From NCBI GenBank assembly GCA_030167865.1, contig JALAGF010006125.1, positions 1 through 55,564 on the forward strand: DNA of 55,564 nt. Reading direction: 5' to 3'. Positions 20,745 through 31,870 of this stretch are shown here, in pieces. The DNA comes from Craspedostauros australis (taxonomy: Eukaryota). Numbering within the stretch: position 1 is the first letter of the stretch; each line of letters starts with the position of its first letter. The notes beneath the pieces were generated by a model that was given only the letters and a program-made list of their open reading frames with translations, did no database searches and was not told where the DNA came from. The position numbers and the translations under genes were made by a program.

Positions 20745-22997
20745 TCACAGCCGCCCGCCGGCCAGTGCCAGTGCCTCCTTGCGATTCTCCTTCAGCAACT
20801 GGAGCTGTTGGTATTGCAACGGCAGCAGCACACCGTCCAGATGATTAATATCCATGTCCAGGTTCATCCCCATGCCCAGGTCCATCCCCAACCCCGTGTC
20901 GAGATCCTTGGCACGGCGATAGTCTTGATCAGCGCGATCAAAGTCATCGTAATCGTAATCGTAATCGTAGTCGTAGTCGTAGTCGCTGTCTCCGGAACCG
21001 TCCGTTGATTCCGATATGGAGGACAGCATGGACTCGATGCCCAGCGCCAAGTAATGAGGCTCCTTGTCCGGTGTGATCTCAGTCGGAATATTCTGCGTCG
21101 ATGATTCCGCCGTTGACCCGAACTCGGCAGCCAGCATGTTCTCGTACATGGTGCGCACGCCGGCATCGAGCTTCGGATCGACGATGCCGTTTTGAACTCG
21201 TCTCAGGACATGCTGCTGACGCAGCAGCTGCTGTTCCAGGTTCAAATTTCCGGAACCACCCGCAGCTGCAGCGGGGGATTGATGCTTGGTCGCGCATATC
21301 AGCAGGCTCTTTATCATGTCTTCGATCGACCGTGCGCCCGTTGTCCTGCTTCCGTCGTTCTTGGTGTCGGCGCTGTCTTGGTTGGTGGTGATGGCGTTGT
21401 TTTGCCCATCCTGACTGAGGATGCTGCTCATTCGCATGCTCTCATCCATGGTCTTGAGCACCGACTGACGGATGAGATGGAACTCCGCCTTCCTCAGTTT
21501 CTCTTCGCCGATCCTGTCCAGGAGTGCCATCCGATCGCGCTCCTGCTTCTCGCGTTTCAGGGCCCTTCGCAGGGTCATCTCAGGGATGACGCGCACACCC
21601 ACACGCAGGGTGGCATTCTCGTCTAGATGGTACTGCTTCAACCCATCTTGGCTGAAGTAGCCGTACTGGTTGAGCTTCGACGGTCGCTTGACCTTGAATT
21701 TCTTGTGCTTGAGCTTCTTGCCGTTCTTGTACTTGAACGGCTTGACGGACAGCGTCGTGTGCGTCTCGCTTTCTTCATCTCCGCTGATTACTACGGACGC
21801 TGTCCCCATCGGCAGGAGCTCCGTGCCCCTGCTCAGGTGGATGTTGATCTCGATGGTCTCGTGGACGTAGTTCGCAACGGCGCCAGCGTTGATCTCACCA
21901 GGCGTGTACGAATGCTTCTGCATCGTCCTGATGAGGTCGAACGACGACAGCGAGATGCCGTCGTCGTCCTCCTCCTGCACCAACGTCGACTGATCGATCG
22001 GCCAGGACGCATTGTACCTGGAGTTGCCGCCGACCTCATGCACGGGAGCGCTGATTGGCACGCTGGGAAGGAACGTGGACATGGCCGTTTTGCTGCTGAA
22101 GGCGTTTCTTGTCACTGACACGGCTGCCATGGTTGGCGCCTCTCCGGCAGAGCTTGTAGCCATGCTGCCCCCGTCGTTCTCCTTGTCCTCGTTGTGCTCA
22201 CCGTCATTCATCTTCATCTTGGAAGAAACAACGTCCCCGCCTTGCGTTCTTACGCTCCAGCCCTTGGTTGATTCAGTGATGATGCTGCGGTTGTCCGAGT
22301 CATGACGACGGCCATCGACAGGTGATTCATGGGGGAGATCGTACCTGTCCGTCCCTCTCGTCCTGCCTTCCGTGTTGCCCGAGTAGGTCCTGGCGGTGGC
22401 AATGGTCTGCATCGTGTTCGACCGGACCTGCAGGGCTTGCGTTGCAGAGTCTGTCCCTGATCTTGTTCCTCCCGATTTGTCCTTGAGAGACTTGGATGAC
22501 CATTTTTTGCTGAGGGATTTCGTCTTCTTGGATCCGGCGAGCTCCTTCTTGGTCGCGGCGGTTGTGCCACTGCAGGAGCTTGCATCGCAGCCATCCTTGG
22601 CGCGGTTGCAGCAGATGATGCCGGAGAGACCGTACACGACAACGGTGACATGCATCATGTCAAAGTGCTTCTTGGAATCTTCTACAGATGTGAGCATGGC
22701 ACTCTCTTCTTCCTTCTTCGATTTCAACGTCACCATATCATCATTGCGCGGTGGCGGCCTTGCTTCCTGCACGGACGTCGCGCGGTATCGTTTCTGCAGG
22801 TTCGACAGCTGCTTCGTCATTTGCAGATCGACGGTGTTGTTGTCGAGTTGCACCTCCGTCACTTTATGCGCGTACTTGTCTCGGCGGCTGCTCATTCGCT
22901 GATTAGCCGAGCTCTGATCAAGGTTGCGCCTCTTCTCATCGTCGGTGTAAACTCCATCAGCGATTACATAGTCCGCAGCACCCGCAGCACTCCTCAT
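20745..22997 (-). CDS. Hypothetical protein with C2-like domain (paralogue C), short coiled coil and (DY)n tail
   Basis: 750-aa ORF; MHVTVVVYGLSGI, YVHETIEINIHLSRG..MGTASVVISG..TLSVKP, YHLDENATLRVGVRV. Confidence 0.85.
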   Translation of the reverse strand: MRSAAGAADYVIADGVYTDDEKRRNLDQSSANQRMSSRRDKYAHKVTEVQLDNNTVDLQMTKQLSNLQKRYRATSVQEARPPPRNDDMVTLKSKKEEESAMLTSVEDSKKHFDMMHVTVVVYGLSGIICCNRAKDGCDASSCSGTTAATKKELAGSKKTKSLSKKWSSKSLKDKSGGTRSGTDSATQALQVRSNTMQTIATARTYSGNTEGRTRGTDRYDLPHESPVDGRRHDSDNRSIITESTKGWSVRTQGGDVVSSKMKMNDGEHNEDKENDGGSMATSSAGEAPTMAAVSVTRNAFSSKTAMSTFLPSVPISAPVHEVGGNSRYNASWPIDQSTLVQEEDDDGISLSSFDLIRTMQKHSYTPGEINAGAVANYVHETIEINIHLSRGTELLPMGTASVVISGDEESETHTTLSVKPFKYKNGKKLKHKKFKVKRPSKLNQYGYFSQDGLKQYHLDENATLRVGVRVIPEMTLRRALKREKQERDRMALLDRIGEEKLRKAEFHLIRQSVLKTMDESMRMSSILSQDGQNNAITTNQDSADTKNDGSRTTGARSIEDMIKSLLICATKHQSPAAAAGGSGNLNLEQQLLRQQHVLRRVQNGIVDPKLDAGVRTMYENMLAAEFGSTAESSTQNIPTEITPDKEPHYLALGIESMLSSISESTDGSGDSDYDYDYDYDYDYDDFDRADQDYRRAKDLDTGLGMDLGMGMNLDMDINHLDGVLLPLQYQQLQLLKENRKEALALAGGRL

Positions 22998-23919
22998 GAT
23001 TTCTTCGCTGTTCTGCTTCGAAGGAATGCCGAATGTGACGAGCGTCTTCTTGGTTCAATTGCAAGTAGAAGTAGAAGTGCAGACTATTGTGATCTTCACG
23101 CGATGCCGATGCTGATGCCGGTATTGGTATTGGTCGATGCTATGATGCTATGATTGGCACTTGCAAACGAATGAAGGAATGGAACGAATGGAACGAAGGG
23201 TTGGGAAAGGAAGTATGAAGTGTAGTAATCTCGTCGCAGAGCGGTAGTATGATGGTGGGCAATACACTCTTGTCGGGTTTCTTTGGAAGTTTCTTCGTGC
23301 CTTTTGTTGCAGATGGTTGTCCTCAGGGTTGACTGGGAATGTGTTTGCGCACTTGACAGCACGTGATCGTCGCAGTTCACCACGTGAATCTGATGATGTC
23401 CGTGGTGATGAACATGATTGCTCACATGATCGATCATGATGATTGATGCGCTCCTCACGAGAGAATCAGGAGAGAAGCTGCCGCAACGAAACAACCACGA
23501 GCGAAAGCAACGATCGTCTTGTTTGGCGACAGCGAAACGCGAGAGTCAACAGGAACACTGGTGTGAGTATCGTGAGAAGAGGTGGGATGAGCGATCGCCC
23601 TGCGGGATATCAAACATTCATACATTAATGTTATATAAAGCGCCAGCCAGTCAGCGACATCAACACTCACGAAGAGACATGATATACAATATGTGTGGTA
23701 TATCTAAGAATGCTAATGGTACCACCATCTTGATTAGTCTAGACCATGAAGTTTTAGACCAAAATCTACAAAGTGGACCCAAGCATTGCTCTGCACTCGA
23801 AGTCAAAGCCAGAGCGGCAGTGGCAGGACAACAATCAGAACATCAATAACTCATACTCTATAGTGCGGGTGCACCACGCTGACTCTACTGGTACCAACGT
23901 ACCGATGCAATGCACAAAT

Positions 23920-25884
23920 TCAATCCGACAACAGCGGCTCTCCACCACCTCCATCCTGCTCTCGCACGTCGTTGATGAGATCCGTGTCGACCTTGAGACT
24001 GCCGTCGGGATCGCGATAAAGGATGTTGACGAATTGGTAGCCGATATTGATGTCGACGAAGTCGTAGATCTTCTGCGCGTAGACGTCGGAGGCGCTGACG
24101 TTGGAGACGCCGTTGAGGGAGACGAGGATCTGATTGAACTGCAGGGCGTCGCGCACGGCGTCGTGGGAGTTGAGCTGGTTGGGCCAGAATCCCTGGTTAC
24201 GACGGATCATGCGGCGGATCTTGGGTTTGAGGATGGGAGACGAGTCGTTGAGGGTGTGACGCGCCAGCCAGACGCGTTTGAAGAATGGATGATCGCTGGC
24301 CTCGATCATCATCTTGGAGAAGAGGCGCTTGCTGACGAAGCGCGACGAAGGATCCTCGATGATGGAGTGATGGTCGCGTCGGTGCGAGAATCGGGCACCC
24401 AGCGCGCCAAGGCGGTTGATGAACATCGACGGTGCGGCGCCCTCGCTGTACGACCACGTCCTGTTGGAGTCGCTGTAGTCGCTGGACGTGTCTATGATCG
24501 ATCCCGGTGCGCTGTGACTGCGCGAGTTGAAGGGGAGCAATTGGCCCGATTCCACCGCCTTGCGGAATCTGGGGTCGGTGTCGTTGGCATCGACGTTGGC
24601 GACGACGTTGAGCGTGGCGTCCATGATCTCGCCGCCCACCTCACCGTACAGCCGATTGACGACGCGGAACTCCAGCACGGGGCACAGGAGCTGTTGGTTG
24701 GTGTCATCTTCTCCTGACGCCCCGCTCTCGGCGCTGCCATTCTCCAGCTTGGAATCTTCGTCGCTCTGCGCATTCACCTTGGTGTTGCCGTGCATGACAC
24801 CGGAGCCGTAGCGAATGACGATGGGATCCGAAAACAAGACCTGCGCGTGGCTTTGAATGCGCAGCACCTTGCCAAAGAGGATGGCACCGCAGAATCCTGA
24901 ATAGAGCACACCCAGGAAAGATTCGAGGGAGCAGACGATCGTGATGAAGAGGCAGTGCGAGGGGTTGTCATTCTCATTCCCCAGCGACGGGTAGGTGCTG
25001 CCGTATCCCACCGTCGAGAAGGTGGTCCAGCTGAGACCGAAGGCATCCGCAAATTCGTTACCCGTGTGGCCGATGTTGTTGCCGCCGACGAGGACGCATT
25101 CCTCGTCCATGCGACCCGCCCAGATGATGAATCCCGCGAAGATGGTGACCAGGAAGAAGAAGCACGTGCACATGACCACGAAGAGGAAGATGAAATTGAC
25201 ACGGAAGACCCAGTGCAGGTAGATGGCAAGGCGTTGGTTTGGATTCTCCCCGATCGACAGGGCTCCGCTCGCTGTGAGGTTCCCGCTGCAGCATGATGTC
25301 ATCGATTGGAAGAAACCCACCCTAGGACCATGGCTGGTTGCCTCCAGACGGAATTGAACTGGCGGCGCATCGTCCAGGGCGCTGTCATCGTCTTCGTCGT
25401 CATCGTCGTCGTCGCGATCATCCCGGCCTTCATCGTTGTCATCGTTGTCACCGCTGTTGTCATCTCCGCCCGAACTGTACGCTTTACGCTTGCTATCGAA
25501 CCGGCTGCTGAGGTCGGCTCTGACTCCCTGCTCCATGGCTTCTTGCAGACGCTGCGATATGGGCGACTTCGCGTCCACGATGCTGTTGCTGCGCACGCGG
25601 ACCTTCTTGGAGGTGTCCCTGCAGCAGACGAAGTTGTTCATGACGGCCCTCATCTGAATCTTGGTTCTGTCCCAGCTGGACATGGCGCCGACTTCCGGTC
25701 GCGAACGCACGAACACGGACTGCGTTCGCTGCGGCGTGGGAGGCACGCCGTTGACCGTCGACGTCGCCTGGCTGTCATGGTCGTCTGCGGCACCTGTGTA
25801 GCTCTCGCCGAAGCCGAAGTCGCTGCCGGGTCCTTGGCCTTCGGGGATCGCCGGGATGTCCAGCGTCAGGTTCCTTCGCATCAT
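23920..25884 (-). CDS. Inward-rectifier (Kir/KirBac-like) potassium channel
   Basis: TM1 FIFLFVVMCTCFFFLVTIFAGFII, pore FADAFGLSWTTFSTVGYG, TM2 ESFLGVLYSGFCGAILFGKV, then the Kir cytoplasmic motifs VLFSDPIVI, PVLEFRVVN, HTLNDSSP and ILVSLNG. Confidence 0.9.
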   Translation of the reverse strand: MMRRNLTLDIPAIPEGQGPGSDFGFGESYTGAADDHDSQATSTVNGVPPTPQRTQSVFVRSRPEVGAMSSWDRTKIQMRAVMNNFVCCRDTSKKVRVRSNSIVDAKSPISQRLQEAMEQGVRADLSSRFDSKRKAYSSGGDDNSGDNDDNDEGRDDRDDDDDDEDDDSALDDAPPVQFRLEATSHGPRVGFFQSMTSCCSGNLTASGALSIGENPNQRLAIYLHWVFRVNFIFLFVVMCTCFFFLVTIFAGFIIWAGRMDEECVLVGGNNIGHTGNEFADAFGLSWTTFSTVGYGSTYPSLGNENDNPSHCLFITIVCSLESFLGVLYSGFCGAILFGKVLRIQSHAQVLFSDPIVIRYGSGVMHGNTKVNAQSDEDSKLENGSAESGASGEDDTNQQLLCPVLEFRVVNRLYGEVGGEIMDATLNVVANVDANDTDPRFRKAVESGQLLPFNSRSHSAPGSIIDTSSDYSDSNRTWSYSEGAAPSMFINRLGALGARFSHRRDHHSIIEDPSSRFVSKRLFSKMMIEASDHPFFKRVWLARHTLNDSSPILKPKIRRMIRRNQGFWPNQLNSHDAVRDALQFNQILVSLNGVSNVSASDVYAQKIYDFVDINIGYQFVNILYRDPDGSLKVDTDLINDVREQDGGGGEPLLSD

Positions 25885-26510
25885 TGAATGTTATGTAACA
25901 ACGAGTGAAGGATAATAGAGTGGAGTGGAGTAGAGTAGAGTAAAGCCCTATATTGATGTGTGCGATGTGCTTTGTGCCGTTGGTTGGAGGGTGTTCCGAA
26001 ATCCTTGGCTTCGTTCATCACATGGAGCACAAGAGGCATGTGGTCGTGCGCGAACTACTGCCACCACAGTCAGTCACGCTATCGGTGTTCTTGTTCCGTG
26101 TTGTGCGACTATTGTTTTGTGTCCATGATTCAACAACGACGCGGGACTTCTACGGTGACTGTGTTCATCGTGTTCTTGTGCGGAGTTGCGATGGGCATCA
26201 TCATCCGACGAGTGCAGTATTGTGCAAGAACCAACAGCGCACAACGTACTCTTGCAAATATGGGTTGTAGCTCGTATCACGTTGACGACTCTGACACATG
26301 ATTGTGTCTCAGACCACTTCCACATGCTTCTATGCTGAACAAGAACGTAATAAAGTAAGCGACCGGGTGTTCTAAGTATTACCCATGTGCGAACTCGGAG
26401 TGTCATGGAGGAAGCATCGCATGATAGAAAATCGCAGAGTGAATTGTAATGGCGTTGTGCTTCCTCTATTGATGCCATGCGCCTCGTACGTATGCACTCC
26501 AACGACCATC

Positions 26511-27260
26511 TCAGTTGGCTGGGAACATGTCGACGAGCTTCACAAACCCGGGTTCCAGGATGACATCGGCACCGCATTCCTTCATGGCCACGCACAGCTT
26601 CGTGGAGTCGTATGCCTCGCCCTTGGCCGCGGCCGCCTCGACCGCCTCGGGCGTGGCAACGCCAACCCCCTTGCAACCAGCCGCGACGGCCGCCCGGATA
26701 TCATCGGGCGTGTCTCCCACAAGAATGACGGACGCCGACGGCTCGATCTTGAGCAGCTCGCAGGCCCGCCTGACGGGGAACGCATCGGGCTTGGGCGGTC
26801 CATCCTCCATGCACACGCAGCAATCGACGTACTTCTCCAGATCGTTCTGCTTCAGGAACTTGTCGCAATCCTTCTTCGGCCTGCCCGTCACGATGCCCAC
26901 CCCGTTCGATCGTTTCCGCAGCTCGTCCAACGTGGCCTTCGTCGGGATCAGCGACTCCAGATCGCACAGGCCCGGCTGGCCGTCCTTGCCTTGGTAGAAC
27001 TCCTCGAACGTGTCCGTCACCTGCTGCAGGGTCAGATCCTTCGCGCCATTCGGATCGCTGTTGATGAGGTCCAGCGACAGCTTCCAGTCGTTGTTGGATC
27101 CGCCCTTGGCCTTCCAGTCGCCCACGACGTCGTCGTTGATGGACGTCGCGCCGTACTTGTGGCACGTGGAGATGATGGCGGCGCGGTACGACTTGGACAC
27201 CTCTGCGAGGACCCCGTCCATGTCCAGCAGCAGGGTCTTGTATGGTGCGGATGGCGTCAT
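26511..27260 (-). CDS. HAD-superfamily subfamily IA hydrolase (TIGR01548-like)
   Basis: Motif I LLLDMDGVLAEVSKSYRAAI, cap KAKGGSNNDW, motif II IVTGRP, motif III PKPD, motif IV LVGDTPDDIRAA. Confidence 0.88.
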   Translation of the reverse strand: MTPSAPYKTLLLDMDGVLAEVSKSYRAAIISTCHKYGATSINDDVVGDWKAKGGSNNDWKLSLDLINSDPNGAKDLTLQQVTDTFEEFYQGKDGQPGLCDLESLIPTKATLDELRKRSNGVGIVTGRPKKDCDKFLKQNDLEKYVDCCVCMEDGPPKPDAFPVRRACELLKIEPSASVILVGDTPDDIRAAVAAGCKGVGVATPEAVEAAAAKGEAYDSTKLCVAMKECGADVILEPGFVKLVDMFPAN

Positions 27261-27379
27261 CTTTGCTGTTGCAGTCAACTCGGCGCTGTTCGATGATGTT
27301 GTATTCGGATGTTTGTGGTTGCCGCCTTCAGGTCTTTGCTGATTTCGCTGTTGTGCTCAAGAGTATGATGTAGGTAGTG

Positions 27380-27443
27380 GGTATGATGGGTCGCAGGTAT
27401 GATGGGTCGCAGGTATGATGGGTCGCAGGTATGGTGGGTCGCA
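27380..27443. repeat. 16-bp minisatellite x4 upstream of the HAD gene
   Basis: GGTATGATGGGTCGCA three times exactly, plus GGTATGGTGGGTCGCA. Confidence 0.95.
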
Positions 27444-30400
27444 TGTCCGGTGCGATGGTGTGCGACCTGACCACGCACATCACAACAAGGCGGATGCAGA
27501 GCGAGAGAGAATCCAACATGTTGATTCTCGTTTTGGCGGGGCGAAGTTGGGTGTGGCGATCTTTGATTGGCACGACCAACACCAAGACAATGCAGAGGAC
27601 TCATAACCCAAGTGTCTCATGGTGGATTTCCATGTCGGACTCCACAGATGAAGATGAACACGCACAAACAACTCCCACAACCACAAACGTGCGCACTCGG
27701 CAACCACACACACTCCGCAACAACAAGCACAAGCAAGCACAGGCCGAAACACCACGATGGTGCGCCTCCTTGCATCTTAACGAACGAGGAAAAACGCAAC
27801 CAGCACGATGAACGAGGGTTGATACCAGCCTGGCAAGTACTTGCGACTGATGCCATACGCCGACAAGAGACCATGGCAGAACGAAGCTGGAAGCCAAGAA
27901 CACCCCGTATTGGTGGAACCGCAACTTGGGTTGGTTCATGGGGTACGTGCATGAATGCGAAGGGATAGTGGGTCATACTGCGATCATCTCCACTGGTACT
28001 GTGCCCTGCACATGTTGGAACGAGGGTGGGCGGATGCTTGCAGGTGCGCTTGTGTCACATTGAACTTCGTGATTGGTTCGGCGAGAATTGCATCCAAAAT
28101 GCACCCACCACAATGATTGGCAGTGACGAAACAACTTTTTTCCTTGACTTTGGCAGCAATGCCAATTGGTGAGAGCTTATGCTTAAATTTTTGAGCCAAT
28201 CTTCGTGGTGTGGATGCCTGCATCCGCAGATGCATTCTCTGATGGGCAACGTGCTTTACTCGGTTCGTTGTTCTTGGCGTTGGCTCCTCTGTTCTGCTCT
28301 GGGATCTTCACTGACATCGCTATCATGCCCCAATCCGTCTTGTCTCCACATCTCAGGATCTGCGCTCCGGTCTGCTCCCCCTTTAGTTGATCCCGCTTCA
28401 CGTTTTATGCTATTATGCCGACCAAACACAGCGACGTCATGCTCCTTTGGGTAGATCAAGAAGGTAGAGATGCTCAACATCTCAGCCCCAGGGGCGAAAG
28501 TTCAGAAACTTCTGCAAAAGGTGGTATGGAGAGGAGTGTGGGTGTGTGTGGCAGATGTGGAGGCAGAGGTAGAGCCAAGGCATGAATCCCGCGCGACGCT
28601 CCGCAACGAATCTCCGCGATGCACTTTGTGCTGGTAAACAACGGTCACTTCGCATGCTGCCACATCACACCACCAACACCGATCAGAATGCGTTTATGAA
28701 GCCGTACCTGACGGCGAAGGTGGTTGGAGTCTCATCCTTCGGCTCAGGGATAAAAACTGCTGCCCCGTTGCTTTGTACGAGAGTCGCACCAGTCCTCACT
28801 GTCATGTGTTCCTCGGGCACTTGTCAGCCCAGAGATGGATTGACTCGTGTAAGTGTTTCTTCATCTTTCGCCATTGGCGTCGACAGGCACGTGCCGGTCT
28901 CTGGTTGTGCACCACAGCCATCGCCAAAAGCTCCTTCCAAAATTCCTGTACATTCCAGACTCATCGCGCTCCCGCAGAGCGAGCGTTGGCAGATGACGCC
29001 TCATTTCCATACGTGCGTTGGCTTGCGCAATGCGGTGAGCACCACGCGTGCTCCATCGGAGACCTTGTGTCAGGTTGTGCGAGTATTGGATGGGATGGAG
29101 CATTCAACCATTCAAGTGACGAGCGCAACCCTTCGGTTCTCTTGTGACATTAGGCAGAGTGCCATACTCTGCTCTACATGACACCTTTGACGACGCCAAA
29201 AGCAAACAAACAAGCAAACATGGATCTCTGTACACACTCTTCTGACCTTCAGGAGAGAACTGCAAGCTTCACTCCCCGATTCGTGGCAAAGAAAAGAGTG
29301 CTTGTGGCTGTGGGCCTCACTGGTACCCCCATAATGACATGGTAGGACTGCTTGGGGTTGCTGCCCAGACAAGAGTTGTCTTGCAGCGACATCAAACAAC
29401 GAAAAGGAACATCACTTAACGGCTACGAGAACGAGAATCATGAAGAGAGAATTTTATCGTGACATCGTGATCATCCGAACTCTCTGTGCCGAAGATGTTG
29501 CTCAATGAATCATTGGCGCCATCGCGAGCTGTGGTGTGGTACGAGTATGATGCGAGTTTGGAGTCATCATGTTGTGGCGGAAGCAATGCACAAGCCCGTG
29601 TGCAGGAGCATGGGGGCAAGCACAAGCCACGAGCGCGCATTCTCTCTCTCTCTCTCTCTCTCTGTGTGGAGAGAACAGAGCAGTATCGTCCAGACCCACT
29701 CCTGATCGAAGAACAGGTGAAGGTGCGAGGCTGTTCCGTTACCTTCATCAATAGTGACACCGTCACTGCGCAAGTACGCACGAGCCGCAAGTGTGACCTG
29801 CAACGGAAATGTTCTTCCTCTTTGTGCCTTCGCGTCGTTGTGTGGGCGGGCCCGTGCGTTGTCCGCAAGAACAGTTGCTCTGCCTGTGTCGGTGGTACTG
29901 TTGGTCCCACTGCGCAGCGTTTGGGAACTCAGAGCTCTCCTTGCGCGACATGGAACTGCCCTCGGGGCACGCGCCTTCATACTACTGTCCTGTTCCACGA
30001 CATGCGTCCAGGCTTTGATCGGAGCATGTGTCTGCGAATCTTGTTGCCCAATGTTAAGTACCTCCACTCGAGAAAAGCATAAATACCCCATCGGATGGAC
30101 GAAAAACCACATAGAGACACGTGCCTGAGACACAGAATGCGGATAGAACGCGCGGTGATGACAATGTCAATTCAGTCGAATAGCGGAAGCAGCGCTGTCG
30201 TGGGTACAAACAAGTCGTTCCGCTTCCACGTGCGGCGCGTGTCACTTCATTTCGGTGGGCACAACACGCCAAGCAGAATCGCCCGCGAAGATGGAAGGTT
30301 GAAAAACCGCACTGCCCAAGGTGTTCCGGTCAGGTTCTTCCCATCCCTGCACCTCCAAGGCCTACCGGTCCAAGCGACGATGTGTGGTACCGACCACGTG

Positions 30401-30763
30401 CAACCTTGTGTGATCGACACACAAGTACACAGAGGTACAATCAGACAGCACTCTGCGTGCGCGCGCATCCGCACGAAGAATCAGAAACAACTCCGCTCTC
30501 TGACGGTGACGATCACAAACCAAGCAAACAGGTGATCGGAGACACATCTTGCCCCGCCCCGCACAACTTGCACACCCACGAAAGCGGAGACCATTGAAAG
30601 CAACGAGCAACAACCAGCAACCGGAGCACAATCCAGCACATCACATCATCAGACCTTGTAACGCAACGCAACGCAACACACCAAAGCTTGAGTGAGAAGA
30701 CCAGAGGATTGGATGGTAGCAGCACAAGACGGAACAACGACAACGAGACGCGCTGTCACAACC

Positions 30764-31870
30764 ATGGATCCGTCTGATGACAAGGATGAAGACCACACGA
30801 ACAAGGAAGGTGGCGACAGGCATCGTTCCGAAAGGAAGCGGAAACGTGAAAAACAGCGGAGAAGTGATCTGTCGACGGCATTTGAAGAACTTGGATCGTT
30901 CCTGACGGAGATCGAACCGGGCCTCTCTGAGGGGGACCGCAAGCGGAAAGGCAAGCGCAGCAGCGAGGCCGAACAGCCACCGGGAATCACGAGGCTGGAC
31001 CTCATCTCGCAGGGACTCGTCGTCATGAAGAGGCTGTACAGAGAGAACAAGGAGCTCAAGGAAGCGATGGAGAAGATACGGCGAGCAGGTCCTGCTGCGC
31101 TGGGGCCTGTCGGAGTGACCAGAGACAACAACGTACGTACCAGTGCTTGCGCACACATCATGTCATCATGATGGCCTTGTTTCCTGGCATGTGTTTGCAG
31201 CGTTTGGCAACATCCGATCAAGGCGCGTCTGTCACCATCACTCGTACAGGTAACGACAGGCATGTGCACACCCACATACATACACACACATACGTCCTCG
31301 TGCTCGTGCTCGTACGACTGTGATGACTATCCGTACCATGTTCGCACGCATGCTGCGATCTCTTCCTTCTGATGGATACCAAGCTAACGCTGCATACGAA
31401 ACACCGATGATGCGTTTCTCTGCAACTCCCATTCGCTTGCTCGCACACTTCTCTGCGCTGTTCTCTCTCTCCTCGAACGGTAGGTCCTGGTGATGGTACC
31501 AAGTCTAGCACCCATTGAAGATCCGCGGATTACACGGTCTGTCTACCCTTCGATGTTCTACCCAACCTCTCTTCAGCATCCAGCAACATCAGCGGCAGCG
31601 GCATCCGCAGCCATCACAGGGAGCCTCATGGGTGCACCTGGATCGAGAGCTGCTGCCGTCGCCGCCGCCGAAGCCGAAGCTTGGGCACGTCACGCCGCTG
31701 CTGTGTCCGCAGTCGCGCCTTTACCTCATTATGCATCTGGGCCTCTCGGAGCGCCTGGGTCAGTGCCATGGTCGCCACCACCACGACGGCCGAAGGCGGA
31801 TGAGGAGTGCTCATCGCCCACGACGAGCAGCAGACCTCCGCACTGGTACGACGGTCAGAGGAGGTTGTAG
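30764..31870 (+). CDS. bHLH transcription factor; exons 30764-31132 and 31484-31870
   Basis: Basic/helix 1 RSERKRKREKQRRSDLSTAFEELGSFL; helix 2 ITRLDLISQGLVVMKRLYRENKELK. A GTACGT donor at 31133 and a polypyrimidine-TAG acceptor at 31483 join in frame to VLVMVPSL... Confidence 0.85.

Noticed and set aside
5843..27296. Long antisense and alternate-frame ORFs (e.g. 5843-6742, 8524-9447, 11461-12489, 13473-14672, 23773-24717, 26385-27296)
   Set aside because: Shadows of real GC3-rich genes on the opposite strand; no motifs of their own.
27600..30690. Many short ORFs in the long region upstream of the bHLH gene
   Set aside because: No coding bias or recognisable domain; treated as intergenic or decayed sequence.
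31320..31372. GTGATGA...CTGA inside the bHLH intron
   Set aside because: Only about 53 nt, no terminal stem and no rRNA complement recognised.
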